Below are positions 11,583-24,334 of a stretch of DNA of 64,000 bases, piece after piece (the stretch's first letter is position 1; every line of letters starts with the position of its first letter). A program made the translations under genes and the position numbers. Source of the stretch: Glaucostegus cemiculus (taxonomy: Eukaryota). The stretch covers positions 9,858,001 through 9,922,000 of the forward strand of contig CDPCPM010000011.1 in NCBI GenBank assembly GCA_976551045.1, in the 5' to 3' direction. The notes below the pieces were generated by a model. It saw only the letters and a list, made by a program, of their open reading frames with translations. It had not been told where the DNA came from and did no database searches.

Positions 11583-14500
11583 ACAGAGACTTGGGCGGGC
11601 AAGTGCACGGCTACTGATTTTGGAGCAATTAGCATACGTTTGGCTGCTGGGGAAGCAGAACTCTTGTGTCCTTAGCAAGAACGTGGGAGTGGAATTCTTT
11701 TATCACCAGTTCCCCAAGCATTTGAACTGAGAATTGGCTGTAGCATAACACAAGTTCCTATGCAGCCATGTGTGATCTCAGATGGGTTGTTGCATTGCAC
11801 TCTATAGATTAACTTCTTTACACAGAAATCCATTTTGCCACCTCTATGGTTCCAAGATAGAAAGGGACATCTGTACTTCAATTCCATTTATCTACATTTG
11901 TTCCATCTCTCTTGATACCCTTATCTAACTGAAACTTAGCCTTGAAATTTCAAGTTGATCCGTCATTCAAGGACTTACCTTAGTTTCAAACTTACTGACC
12001 TTTAAGCAAATGGGTGCCTTCTGTTTACCAGCTAAGTAGCTCAAGTCTGACTTTCAAATTATGTCTCTTATTCTGAATTTCCCTTTCGGACAAAATACTT
12101 TCTGAATAGCTACTCTGTCAGATTCCTTAATCGTATTAAATATCTCATGTGGATATTCCCCACCTCCCCCCACAACCTCCTCACACGTTTAGAGAATACA
12201 AGACAAATTGATGGTATCTGGTGTAACAACTTAACTCTTTATTCTCTGTTATAATGCTACTGAAGCCCCAGAATTTCCTTCCCAAGGTGTAGCCTCCAAC
12301 ATTGAATGCATTTCTCCAGCTGTAGCCGTGCCAAGGCTTTGCAAAATTTCCTCCCCTTTTACTTTCAACTCAGTTTAAGTTAGTGTTCAATGCCATTATA
12401 TTTTGATTTGAAACACTAAAGCCTACACATGCTGGAACTATGAAGAGAAATGGAAAATGCTCAGTGAGGCAGGCAGCATCTATGGAGAGAAAAGCTGAGT
12501 TAGTGGGCTGGATCTTGCCGTACTAGACCTGCCGTCTGTTAGTCTCTCACAGGATGTAACCTTCCTGGGTGGGGCTCTGGATCTTGCGGGCACTTAGCAA
12601 GGTGTCATCAGGGAATTGGCTTTGGTCAATGAATGAGACCCCTCCCATCCCTGAATGTCCTGAGACAAACTGTGACCATTGGTCAAACTGTTAATGCATT
12701 CAGAGATGTTTTAAAAATTATTAATATTGACGTACATTGATATATGAATATTTAACATTAATTAAAAACAAACACTTTACTGGTTTTCACTTACTTTTGT
12801 GGATTTGTATTTTAAGTATAAAATTCAGTTGCCTGTTCCATTCCACGGCCAAGAATCCCCATTGAAATGAATGAGGCCACTGATCCTATGCTAGGGCTTG
12901 GTGTAGAACTGAAGTGGCAATTCTCTGGCGTTACCCTGGACAATCTCAGTAGCACTGGGATCTGTATGGATTCAAGTGACAGATGTAGCATTGCATGTCC
13001 CAATACATAGATGGTCTGATTCTCCAGAATATATATGTGTATGGCTGAATGCCAGTGGTTCCCTTTTGAAATCACTGGCTACAGCCAACACTCTTAGGCC
13101 GAATGTTTTGGGGAGATGAGAGTTCTAATGAACAGTCTTTCATCTGAAACATTTTGTCAGAACCTGCTGCCGCTGTCAAACCACCCACATTTACTGCTGA
13201 CATACAGAAAAAGTGCAGGCTAACCTTTTGTGAATTCCCTGATGTTGACTTCCTGGTAACTGAGGTTAAAACTGTAGTTGACAATACCCTGCAAGGCAGA
13301 AGCTTTTACACGATGATCCCTTTATTCTTGCTGTCTGCCTTGTAGCTCCTAACCAGCACTGCTGCAAGAAGAATTTAAGAGGCTATAATTTTTGCCAATA
13401 AACTTTTGTGCACATCCTTAATGAAAAGCCTCTTGGAGATGATGTCTTGTACACCATGTTATTCCTCATTCTTATAAAACTTCAACCTGCTGAAATTTAA
13501 CCTTTGGTTTGTGATTCATTTTCCTTCTCAAACTAGCATCAAATTCAATCATCATTTAATTTCAAGATGCTTCCTTACCATCAGACTATTAACCTTTCCT
13601 TGTTGATTATTCATCGCTTAGTCTAATGTGGCCTACTCCCTTCTGGTTCTGAAAATCTAAATGTATAGTTTCTAGAACTGCATTGCCTTTAATCCCTGAG
13701 CTGTTCTGTTTCTCCCAATCCATGTGCAAATAAAATCTCTTGTCAGAACTTTATTTACTGTGAGCTTCCCATTTACCAAAAGTTGGCAAATAGTTCTCTT
13801 GCATGCTTTGTCTTCTCTAATTGTTCCTGCTTCTCGATCGCCATGACTGTGATAATTGTGTCTTTCATAGTTTTTGCAATTTTTCTGATCATTTTGTATG
13901 TTCTAAAGGCTTTATAGCTTAGATATGGTTTCTGGTGCTGATATTAGCCTTTTAACTTGCTCATTTTGTTTTAGAAGCTGTGTACTTTCTTTGTTGAGAT
14001 GACAAGCTTTGTTCTACTGGGGTGTGTTTTTAAAGTTCTGTTTGAAGCCTTGTTTATCCTTCTAAGAAATAGGACTCAGCAGTTAAACTGGAATCTATTC
14101 CCAATGCTAATTCTGAGTATCTCATCAAATGGAACCCTTCTTCCAACATGACTTTATCATTGAAAATAAGAAAAAAGAAGCAGTTGCTGGAAATCTGAAA
14201 CTCCTGCTGAGTTTTTCCAGCATTTTCTGTTTTTATGGAGGCACAAAAGACTGTATATGCTGGAATCTGGAACAAAAAGTTCAGCCAAGCAGAACTTGTT
14301 CTTCTCCTTAACTACTTCCCTTTTGATTCCTCTCACTTCCTACAGATCAAAGGTGTAGCCATGGGCACTCACATGGGCCCCAGCTTCGCCTATCTTTTCA
14401 TTGGCTACGTGAAACAGTCCTTGATCCAAATCGTCCCTGGTATCACTCCCCAACTCCTTCTCTATTACATTGTCTGCCTTGGTGCTCCTTCCTGCACCTG

Positions 14501-14765
14501 TGCGGAACTCGTCAATTTTATCACCTTCACTAGTAACTTCCACCCTGCTCTCAAATTCATTTGGACCACTTCTGATATTTCTCTCCCTTTTTTGGATCTC
14601 TCTGTCTCCATCTCAGAATACAAACTATCCACTGACATTTACTACAATCGCACTGTCTCCCATAGCAACCTAGACTACACCTTTTTTCACCCTATCTTCT
14701 GTAAGGATTCCATCACTTTCTCCCAGTTTCTTTGTCTTTGCAGCATCTGCTCTCAAGATGAGGCC

Positions 14766-14821
14766 GTAGAACCATAGAACAAAACCACAGAACAATATCC
14801 TTCAGCCCACCATGTTGTGCT
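14766..14821 (-). mobile_element. Very short CR1 3' tail inserted in the PLE
   Basis: tagaaccatagaac...ccttcagcccaccatgttgtgctg closely matches the tail at 60226-60282. Confidence 0.75.
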
Positions 14822-14985
14822 GTCAGGACATCTGAAATGTCCTTTTTAGGAAATGTGGCTTCCCTTCTACTTCCCTCTTGCATTTCCTCTGTTTCCTGAA
14901 CTTCTGCTCTCATCCCACCTTCCTCTAAACAAAATAGAGCTCCCTTACTCCTTGCCTTTCTCTCCACTAGCCTCTGCATTCTGCA

Positions 14986-15395
14986 CAGAGTAATGAGAAG
15001 AGGGCATACCCCGGATGGTGGGGGTCCTTAGTGATGAATGCTGCCTTCTTGAGGCACGGCCTGTTGAAGATGTCCCTGATGGTGGGGAGGGTTGTGCCTT
15101 TGATGGAGCTGGCTGAGTCTACAACCCTCTTCAATCTCTTGCGACCCTGTGCATTGGCGCTTCCATACCAGGATGTGATGCAACCAGTCAATATGATCAC
15201 CACTGTACATCTATAGAAATTTGTAAGAGTCTTGGGTGACATACTGAATCTCCTCAAACTCCTAACAAAGTAGAGCTGCTGGTGTGTCTTTTTTCATGAT
15301 TGCATCAGTGAGTTGGGTCCAGGATAGATCTTCCAAGATGTTGATACCGAGGAACCTGAAGCTGCTCACCCTTTCCACCACTGGCCCCTCAGTGA
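14986..15395 (-). mobile_element. Rex1/Babar-like LINE fragment (RT C-terminal region)
   Basis: VERVSSFRFLGINILEDLSW and LTNFYRCTV..ILTGCITSWYG..RKRLKRVV..KDPHHPG. Confidence 0.85.
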
Positions 15396-17889
15396 AAACT
15401 GGTGTGTTTCTTTCGACTCTGTCATCACCTTCACCCTTCCCTCCAGTACTTGGTTCCATCTGCCTCCTTTTCTTTTTCTTCCACCACCTCCCCCTTGGCT
15501 TTTTCCCCCTATCACCCACCTGCCTCTGTTCCCCAACTCTACACCTCCTTGCTCCCTCTGCCAATCATCCTTCACCTCTCCTTGATCCACCTATCGCTGG
15601 TCACTATCTTGCCCCCCCCCCCGTCTCCTCTTTACATAGGCTACCTTCCCTCTCCACTGTTACTCTGATGTTGAGTCTCAACCTGAAACTTCGACAGTTC
15701 CTTCCTCCCCCACAGACGCTGCTCAACCTGCTGAGTTCCTCCAGCAGTTTGTTGTTTGTTCTTTTCTGTTTTTTGTTATGCCCTTAACATTCTCTTTCCT
15801 TACCTGTTCTACCATTAAGCCTGTAACAAATAACTTGGTGATTTATTAGACCAATCATTGAACTGACATGGAATAATGGTGTAGATCTTCCAACAAATCC
15901 ACACAAATCTGCTGGCAGCTATGCCTATATCAGGATAATTCCAGAGGAGCCACTGTAGTGTTGTCTTTGCTCAGCAGACTGTTGGATTCTGGGCACTTGC
16001 ATTGTATTGGTGGGAACTTGATGCTCAACAGGGCACCATTAATGTCCACAGATTTCCCAACTCTCAGGCTTGCAATCCAGTTGTAGAACCCTCATCAACT
16101 GGTTCAAGTCCAGGAATCCATTCAAATAATGGGAGAAATGAGAGGTAAATGGAGCATTTCCTCTTTTAGGTGTTTTAATGAGCAATCCGGCACAGAGACC
16201 AATCCTGCAGCCCAACAAGTCAAGGATCAAGCACACGTTTTTATACTAATTCTACCTCAGCCTATTTTATTCTTCCCATGATGTGTGTGTGTTTACTCCT
16301 GAAGCTTTTAATTATTTTTAAATTTATATTTTAAAAAATCTTCAGTGAGTTTGCTGTTTGAAAACGTAAATGACATTTGCAAACATTCAATTTAAATGGC
16401 GGCTTTGGTGAGTTGGGGAGGTGGGACCTCATTGGGATGTTCAGAACTCTTTGTCACCACAGTTGATCACTTGCAATTAGGAGAGGCACTGCACTGACTG
16501 GGACCTCACTGCTGAGCTCAGAACCAGGCTCCCAGTGGACCCAGAAGTAGCATGGCTCAGGGTGCAGGTGACCTTGGGACAACAGAAGATCTGCCTCAAT
16601 ATTGGCAGGAGAAATTCCCAATGAAATTGCATTGCAAGCCGAGCAATTTTATTTGTTACCCATCAATCATATCTGAAGCACTAAGGTATTCGCATAGATG
16701 TAGTAAACACAATCTAAATCTCTCACATTTGGCATTTCTCATGATCTTTAGTCTTCTACATTTTCAGAAATAGCTGCATCATTTTGTCACTTACACTGCA
16801 TCCATCACAGCTCTGGTGGATTGTAACTTATGATAAGCCTATTACGATAGACAGTAAATCTGGATTATGACAACATGTCAATTTTAATGGAAAGTCTTGT
16901 ATCTATTATACTGCATTGCATGTTAACCATACTTGATGCCAAGAAATCAGGTCATGTAGGCACATCTGCACACTTTGTGATTTAGGTTCCAAGAGAAAAA
17001 TCAACCCTAAAGGAGAATTGGGGACTTGGTGTTTGTTGGAAGTTGGTGGCTTTCTTTCATTGAGAAGCTCGGACATGTGCAGTGGCATCACTTATTTGGA
17101 TGGCAGGTCCACAATTGTGAACCATGTGAGCGTGACCTGCAGGTAACATGAGGCATTTGTGCAGAAGCAAGCCTTCACAGCACCTGAAACCTACATCAGC
17201 ACTACTTAAAGAACACTTGACTCACTTGGTCCCTGCATGGGGAGTCCAGGGCTGGGAACCCACTTCAAGTTGGTCCCTTTTTGAGTCGTGCAACTCTCCT
17301 TTGTCTCCACAGTGACAAGGAGTGTGAAGGCTCGGCCATTCCCTGTGGAAGATCTCTTGTGAATTTGTGGAAATAAGACATTTCTCACCCTCCCTGCACT
17401 TTTGCACCTTTGTCAGTGTTCTGTGGCCGTTGGTTCTCAGGCCATTGGCCGTTAGATGAATGGTATAGCAGTTACTAGGCAACTGCGTCTATGTCATCTG
17501 GAATAAAATTGATGTTGCAGAAATGCAAATTCAAGGAATTTTTCTCTTCGCAAAATGTATAGGATTTTAAATATTTCCTCTCCTGCAATCCTGGCTTATA
17601 CATTTCTGATGAGATATGATCTTCAAAAAATGTATTCCAACTTGCAGCAGACAAATTTGAATCTTTACTTACTTTTTTGAGAATTGAATCCTAAAGTTCA
17701 AGATTGAATGAAATGCCAGAAGTTGAAAAGGGCTCACTGAGTGTGTAAACAAAAAAACATGTTATGAATACCTTTTGCATCCTCTTCTTGTGTGCACGTA
17801 ATTAAGAATAAAGCAAATTGAAGAAGAAACTGTTGAGTCAGTGAACATGTTAATATACCAATTTTACTGTGGGCCAACTTGAGATGGAT

Positions 17890-18222
17890 TCATAGAGTCA
17901 TGGAAGAGGCCCTTTGGCCCATTGAGTCCGTGGCAACCATCTTTACCCTAATCCTACCCTAACCCATTTTATCCCTCTCCACATTCCTATCAACACCCCA
18001 GCACCCTCTCCCAAATTCTATAACATATATACATCCAGAGCAAGTTACGGTAGTCAGTTAACCTACAACTTTCACATCTTTGGATGTAGGAGGAAACTGG
18101 AGCATCCAGAGGAACCCATTTGGTAACAGGGAGAATGTGCAAACTCCACACAGTGCCGGAGGTCAGGATTGAACCCGGGTCTTTGGAGCTGTGAGGCAGC
18201 AGCTCCATCAGCTGTGCCACCC
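17890..18222 (-). mobile_element. HE1-type V-SINE, older subfamily
   Basis: Minus strand gggtggcacagctgatggagctgctgcctcacagctcc...gggttcaatcc (B box), V-domain, and a tgggccaaagggcc tail. Confidence 0.85.
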
Positions 18223-19523
18223 ATTGCCCATTTACAGGAGATCACAAGAAATAGGCGTAGAAGCAGGTCATTCAGCTGCTCAATCCTCAACGAGATGGCT
18301 GAACTTCCATCTCTACCCGATCTCCTTTCTCTTGATTCCTTAAATATTTTTGATGTGAGCTCATTATTTTGAAAAATGCATTCTTTTAAATAAAACTTCA
18401 GCTTGCCATTTACTTGTGTGGGGGCAGGGGCAACAATTTGCTGAAGTCTAGAATGAAATTGTGGGGGGTAGAGAGAAAAGGGACTGCTTGGGATAATCAA
18501 TTTGTACATTGTGATTTTGGTATTAATGCAAAGGTAAGGGTTTCTCATGAATAGTCATTATAACTCTATGAAAGACCAGATACATCTTTGTTTTCCAGAA
18601 GATGGTCTTTGTGGAGATTTTCTTATCTGCCTTGCCAGATTTGGAACTTTATCTTAAATAACCAAATGATTTTCAGAAAGTGGAAGTATACATTTGAAAT
18701 AAGTCTTTGGCTTTCGAACTCTCAAGATTTAAGGAAACTTCTAGTTTATAATGGATGAGAAATAGAGATTTTTTTTAAAGTGAGGACCTTATGATCTAAA
18801 TATAGCTTTGTGTACCATTGGTTTCATTATGGGAAGCTGTTGGAGAAAGTTGTAGAAAAGATAACCTTTTAAAATGTGAAGAGCTGAAAAATGCAATGTT
18901 TTCCATAACAATAACAGAGAATCCAAGTAGTTAGCTAGTGACATTTATCATGCAGTTCATTCCATTCACTCTAAGTCACAATTGACCACTGGGGTGCTGA
19001 TGACATTAGAATTGTTTCCATTAAGGCATGAATAATTTGCTTGCCAGAGAATAACTGCTTTCACAAGCTATTGTGTGGTTTTGTAAATATAAACTGGAAA
19101 GCCAGTTTCTGCAGAGGGCAAATCCTAGAAACTCCTTCAGTCTGATATTTAAGTCTGAAAGGAAACTTACTTGTGCTTTAATTTTGTCTATTCCACTACC
19201 TCCCCCCCCCCCCCCACCATCCTGAAGCCCACTCTCACCGTAACCTTTCACTATCATGACAATGTCAGAGAATAAAAAAAAGGGGTTCATGTAAGATTAG
19301 TGTAAAGGGGTGGTTGATAGTCAGCAGAGACTTGGTAGGCCGAAGTGCCCATTTTCATGCTGTGTCTTACTATGACTATACATTCATTAATGATTGCACA
19401 ATGTTCAATCTCACTCACAACTCCTCAGGAGGCAGAGATATCATCAGCTTGTGATCAACTGGCAAATAATATACACACCGCAATGTCAGGTCATTGCTAT
19501 TTCCAGAGTCTATCCAGACATCA

Positions 19524-19770
19524 GGGTGGCAAGATAGCGTAGCAGTTAGCGCAATGCTGTTACAGCGCCAGCGATCGGGGTTCGATTCCCGTCGCTGACT
19601 TTAAGGAGTTTGTACGTTCTCCCATGTCTGCGTGGGTTTCCTCCAGGTGCTCTGGTTTCCTCCCACATTCTAAAAAAAACGTACGGGTAGGTTAATTTGG
19701 GGGTTTAAAATGGGCGGCGCGGACTCGTTGGGCCGAAAGGGCCTGTTACCACGCTGTAAATAAATTTAAA
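19524..19770 (+). mobile_element. tRNA-derived V-SINE (HE1-related), young
   Basis: Pol III A-box-like tagcgtagcagtt and B box ggttcgattcc (19579-19589). V-domain gcgtgggtttcctcc..tgctc.ggtttcctcccac. CR1-like tail tgggccgaaagggcctgtt. Confidence 0.92.
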
Positions 19771-22341
19771 TATTGTCAGATTTAACCAGCAGCATACTGT
19801 CTTTGAATTTTTCGGAATCTACCTCAGCTTTAACAGATTGACCCTTGTTGGTAGGGCCCACTTGTACTTTAGTAACAGCAGTGCCTTGTACTCTGCCTCT
19901 GAAATTCAGTTCTGTTGACTTCTATGGAACTGAGTTTAGTGAGTTGTGTAGCTTGCACTTCTGCTATTACTTGGCGTGTTAAGCATTACTGACTGAGGAT
20001 GAACTTCCAGGCAAAGGTACAAATGTTACTTTTGTTTGTGTTCATGGTATCTCATCTTTCATTTTATTATTCAGTTGTCGTTCAAAAAGTTAACCATAGA
20101 GAAAGCATCATCTTCTAAATGTATTCCTTACTGTCTATGAGGCAAAGGTGATTCTGAATAAGGTAATTCATAACATTGTTATGGATAGTTTAAATAGTGA
20201 AGTAGATTACCAGTTTAGTGCTGTTATTTTTTTTGCTGATCTATATTTGGTGATATTTATATTTTCTTGAGTTACACAAATAGTTATACAGTTTTAATAA
20301 AGGAAGTAGAAGAATCATGGGATGATGCAGTGCTGGAGACCAATGGAATCAAACTTCTGTTGGGAGGAGGTCATCCAAGTAGTGTCAGTTTTCCCATAAC
20401 ACTAAGTTTTATTCCTTCATCAGCATTTGTCAAACTGTCTTTTGAAACTGAAAAAAAAATATTGCAGGTTTTGGAAATCTGACATGAAAACAGAAAATGC
20501 TGGAAAAATTTAGAAGGTCAGCTAACATCAGTGGAAAGAGGAATAGAAAGGTCTTCAACTGGAAAGTTAAATCTGTTTCTCTGTCTGCAGATGCTGCCTG
20601 ACTTGCATTTCCTTTTGTTTTTAAGTGCTATTTTAAAATTTCCTGTTAAGCTGTTTTTCAACTCCTTTTCAGGAGGTGTACCTTAACAAACATTGGCAAG
20701 CAAAGCAATAAGAGGAAACTGTTGGATTAAATCTGCATGCTGTGGCTACTGACCCTTTTGTCACTAGACCTCTTTCCTACTCACTTATTCGCTCTAACAT
20801 CATAATGATTTTTTAAAATCGAACAGCTTCTTAAGCTTCCTTGCTTATGGAAAACACCACCAATGATTTCATATTACTAGAGTTCGCCATTCCTGCTACC
20901 CTTCTAAATCTATTCACCAGCAGTGTCTATAAAAAGAGTACCTTGCAGACTTTCATTAATGGGATCAGCCCTCTGAAAATGGACAGCATAAATTGTTATA
21001 AAGGCTGCAAATAATTTTATAAACAAGCCATTTATCCTTTTCATATAGTCACCTTCTTTAATGCTGTATGTATTTTTTTGTTGTTGTTAATTTTTGGGAA
21101 CCTCCACATTTATGGAGATCTGCCTTGTGAGATAATGTGCATGGCCTTGACTTGACAAACCTACCTTACTACTTTCTCTGAAGACATTCTCTTGTTTCCT
21201 TTTTTTTCCTCCTTTAGACTCTCATGATATTTCAACAGGGCCCACCTCGTCTTTCCTCACTCAGAGGAGTCCTGATCAGGCTCATGGTTTTGCCAGTGGA
21301 CAGTCACATGATTTAGTTTAGTCCATAACCACTAGGAAACCAGAGTCCATGAGGAGATTTGCAGGATAACCAAGTACGAAGGAAGGCCTGTTTATTTAGG
21401 GCAAACTCGTTTCATGTGTAAGATTTTGTCCCCCCACAGCAGTGCGTATTTTTGATGAGACTGCCATTCTGGTTATAGTGACTTTATAAATAAATAAAAC
21501 TGGATATCACAATATGTGCAAGATTAACCAGCTTAGTTGGCAGTATATTACTACTGCGGTGTTGGTCAGGAAGGTTAGACAGTGTCACATTAGTGGAGGT
21601 TTTTTTTCCTAATTCACCTCATTTGCCTCTAACCGATTTTTCCGTTCTGTGTGATGGTTAAAATGTTTATTTGAATACACTGTGTTAGGGATTAATGATC
21701 CTTCATGTCTTTATGAAACTAATTAATCCACCCTCCCAATTACCCTTTTTCAAGGGAATGTGTACATGGCATGCATGCATGCATTCCATTTTATTACCCC
21801 AATCCTTATACGCATTCCTTATTTTACAACCCCAGTCCAGGGTCTCCCATTACACTTAATTGTTTTATTGTGGTTTGGTTAGTTGGATTTGCTGCCATTT
21901 GTCTGCGGCTGCAGCAAGGACTGGAAGGTTTATACTTTCAAGGATGTGTCAACAGAGTGTATGAAGGCATATGTGAATCAGATTAGTCAGGCCATCCCTT
22001 TGTGCTTCAGAGATTCTTGCCTCAGTTTTGTGTGCATTAATTCCACAATTTAAACATTTACCTAAGGTAGAGTGGAATACTGTATTCAATATTCTGAATC
22101 TTTATAAAGAAGATGGAGTGCAGACATAATTTCATGACATAGTCATTATCATTCGCCTACTTGCACAGTGGAACTATAGTTCCTGGTAATCTATCTGCTG
22201 CTATTTAAAAAAAGGCATTGTAGAAAACTTTACGCCTCCATGTATGGCAAAGATCAATAATGAATATTTTTTAAGAAAAGTCTTTGAATAATGTCAAAAT
22301 ATCATTTTTAACACTTGATTTTTAACAATTTTTTATTTCAG

Positions 22342-22427
22342 TCTTCCATTGGTGAAAATTCTACAGGAAGTTCCCAGCAGCCTGGAATTCAGAGTTTTGT
22401 TCAAGAACTTTTCCAAGCACAGTACAG
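22342..22427 (+). CDS. USP43: Internal coding exon (86 nt, phase 0 to phase 2) of a USP31/USP43-subfamily ubiquitin-specific protease, probably USP43 exon 3
   Basis: Acceptor tttttatttcAG (AG 22340-22341) and donor AG|GTAACT (GT 22428). Translates SSIGENSTGSSQQPGIQSFVQELFQAQY(R). FVQxxFQAQYR, ending in a split Arg codon, is the USP31/USP43 motif preceding SSLTCPHC. The N-terminal part (ENSTGSSQQPGIQSF) and the long flanking introns resemble USP43, but FVQELFQAQYR as I recall it matches USP31, so the paralog call is less certain than the family call. Confidence 0.85.
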
Positions 22428-24334
22428 GTAACTCAATTAATCTTCTACCTCACCAGAAGATTTTAAAAAAGAATAGATCAAATGATTTTACTTTATGCAT
22501 CGCTGAAACACAATGGGTAGCTTATCAGCAGGGATTTGGAGATGGCACTGCATTTTCACCTGCTAATCCACCACTCCATTGATGTCATGGATGGTGGATG
22601 GCTGTCTTGCATCCTGAAACTGCTTCACAATAAATATGTTTCACAGTAAATAAATGCTAGTTTTAGACATCCCTGGAATTTGTGCGGAACCACAGGACCA
22701 TGGAATCCTTGCAGAGTGGAGCAGCTCCAGTTTATTAAGGAGGCTTCTTAGAATTTTGTATCTCAGGAGCAGCTCTGAGTTGTGTATGAAAATCACAGCA
22801 CTTTTGGTTTCTTATGGAGCTGAACTTTTCGTTCATCCTGCTATTGGTATGGCTAATTAGGGATGTTTCCAGACATTTCTAGTGTGTATGTGATTTTGTT
22901 CAATGCAATGGGCTGGTACTTTGAACATTCATTCCCTGTCCTCCAGTTTATCAAATACCTGCTGAGAGATAAAACTTAATCAGATTGTTTTTCTCTATTC
23001 AAAGAAAATATACCAGAAACTTTTTGCCCAGGAGTATTGATTTATTTGTGTTTAAATGCAACGTAACTTAATAGTTAATGTAAATAGAAAACATTCTCAT
23101 CAGTAAGTCAAAGTTAACAAATTAAGTTGTTTATTGAATACATGGAGAAGATTTCCCTTGTTAGTTTATTGCAATCTGAAATACCTAGTTGAGGAAGTTC
23201 CATCCACATCTCCCATGGGTGTCACAATCTGCTGTCATTCGTAAAATGTTGTTAGGGCATAAATTAACTTGACTACACTTATTTCAGTTAACCTTGTAGT
23301 CAAGTTGGAGACAAACACAGAAACTTGAAAATCATCATTCTTCTGGAGATTAGTTTGTGAGGAAGAGGAGGCAGGAATGTGCTAACAGATTCTAGATTTG
23401 CTGGATTCTTTTCATTGCACTGCTGCACATTCCAAGCATCTCATTTGCAAAAGCTTTGGCAATTAAATCTTCCAGAACAAGGTAATTTGCAGTTGCTTTA
23501 TAGAAAACCTTTAATCCTGCTTTATGATAAATTCTTTTATGTTGGAAACTTGACTTGCTTCATATCAGCATTGTTTGTGAACACTCCAGTGATCTGCTTT
23601 GAAGTGCTTTATTGTGCTATGTGGATCCCGATTGTGATATCAATACCTGAGCAAATTTATATATTGAATGGTTTGCTCTCATTTCTTTATGACACAAAAG
23701 GGCTTGCTTGTCTTCTGTTACTGTGTAACGTAAAAACTTATTGTGCATTTTAAGGAATTTCAGTTTTGTGTTTGCTTGGACATTTTACAGCATGCTTGGG
23801 TGTACATTAATTAAGCTGAGAGGTTAAACTTCAAGGCAATAGAGTAATTTCCTTTGCAAATGCTACTTGTGTTGTGATGCAGAAACAGAACAATGCATAG
23901 TGAGTCATGCTGGAGGTAATGAGTAACAGTTCACGCATTATTCAGCATTCTGAGATAGAGCGATGGTATGGCCTTGGTGTTTGGGACTATTGCATTATTT
24001 GGGTGCAGTTAATTCTGGGAAGTCAGATGGGAGAGATGAACCTATAAGGAAGGCTGGCCAATTTTATTTCATTTAAATTAGTGGTATAAAGTTATCTGGA
24101 ATCTGTGTTTGCATATCTCCTCCCTCACACTTTTAAATTGCATTCAGTACCACGAAGTGATTCAATAGACCAGACACAAGTTAAATTGGGTGTGGTGGAC
24201 AGTGTAACTCGGTAACAGAGTCAATGATTCCAGTGAAGGTCCACCTCTTTTGTGTGCCTGTCTTGTTTGTTCCGTGTGCAAATTGCAGATTGAATGCTGA
24301 TAATTTCAGTCGTTCATAATTTTCATTGAAATGT

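Larger units (their letters stand above)
14282..15770 (+). mobile_element. Penelope-like retroelement remnant (RT at 14282-14765, continuing 14822-14985 and 15396-15770), interrupted by CR1 and Rex1 insertions
   Basis: ORF 14235-14777 has QIKGVAMGTHMGPSFAYLF, FHPALKF, LPFLDLSV, STDIYY and KDSITFSQFL, typical of PLE RT, with the YxDD motif lost. It ends in a ctgatg...cctgaaac...cacagacgctgc terminus. Confidence 0.88.

Noticed and set aside
15284-15787. 167-aa ORF
   Set aside because: Spans an antisense Rex1 fragment and the low-complexity PLE 3' region.
19524-19600. tRNA-like A and B boxes
   Set aside because: This is a SINE head: no complete cloverleaf, and it continues into the V-domain.
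22349-22582. 77-aa ORF from the track
   Set aside because: An out-of-frame overlay of the real exon that runs into the intron.
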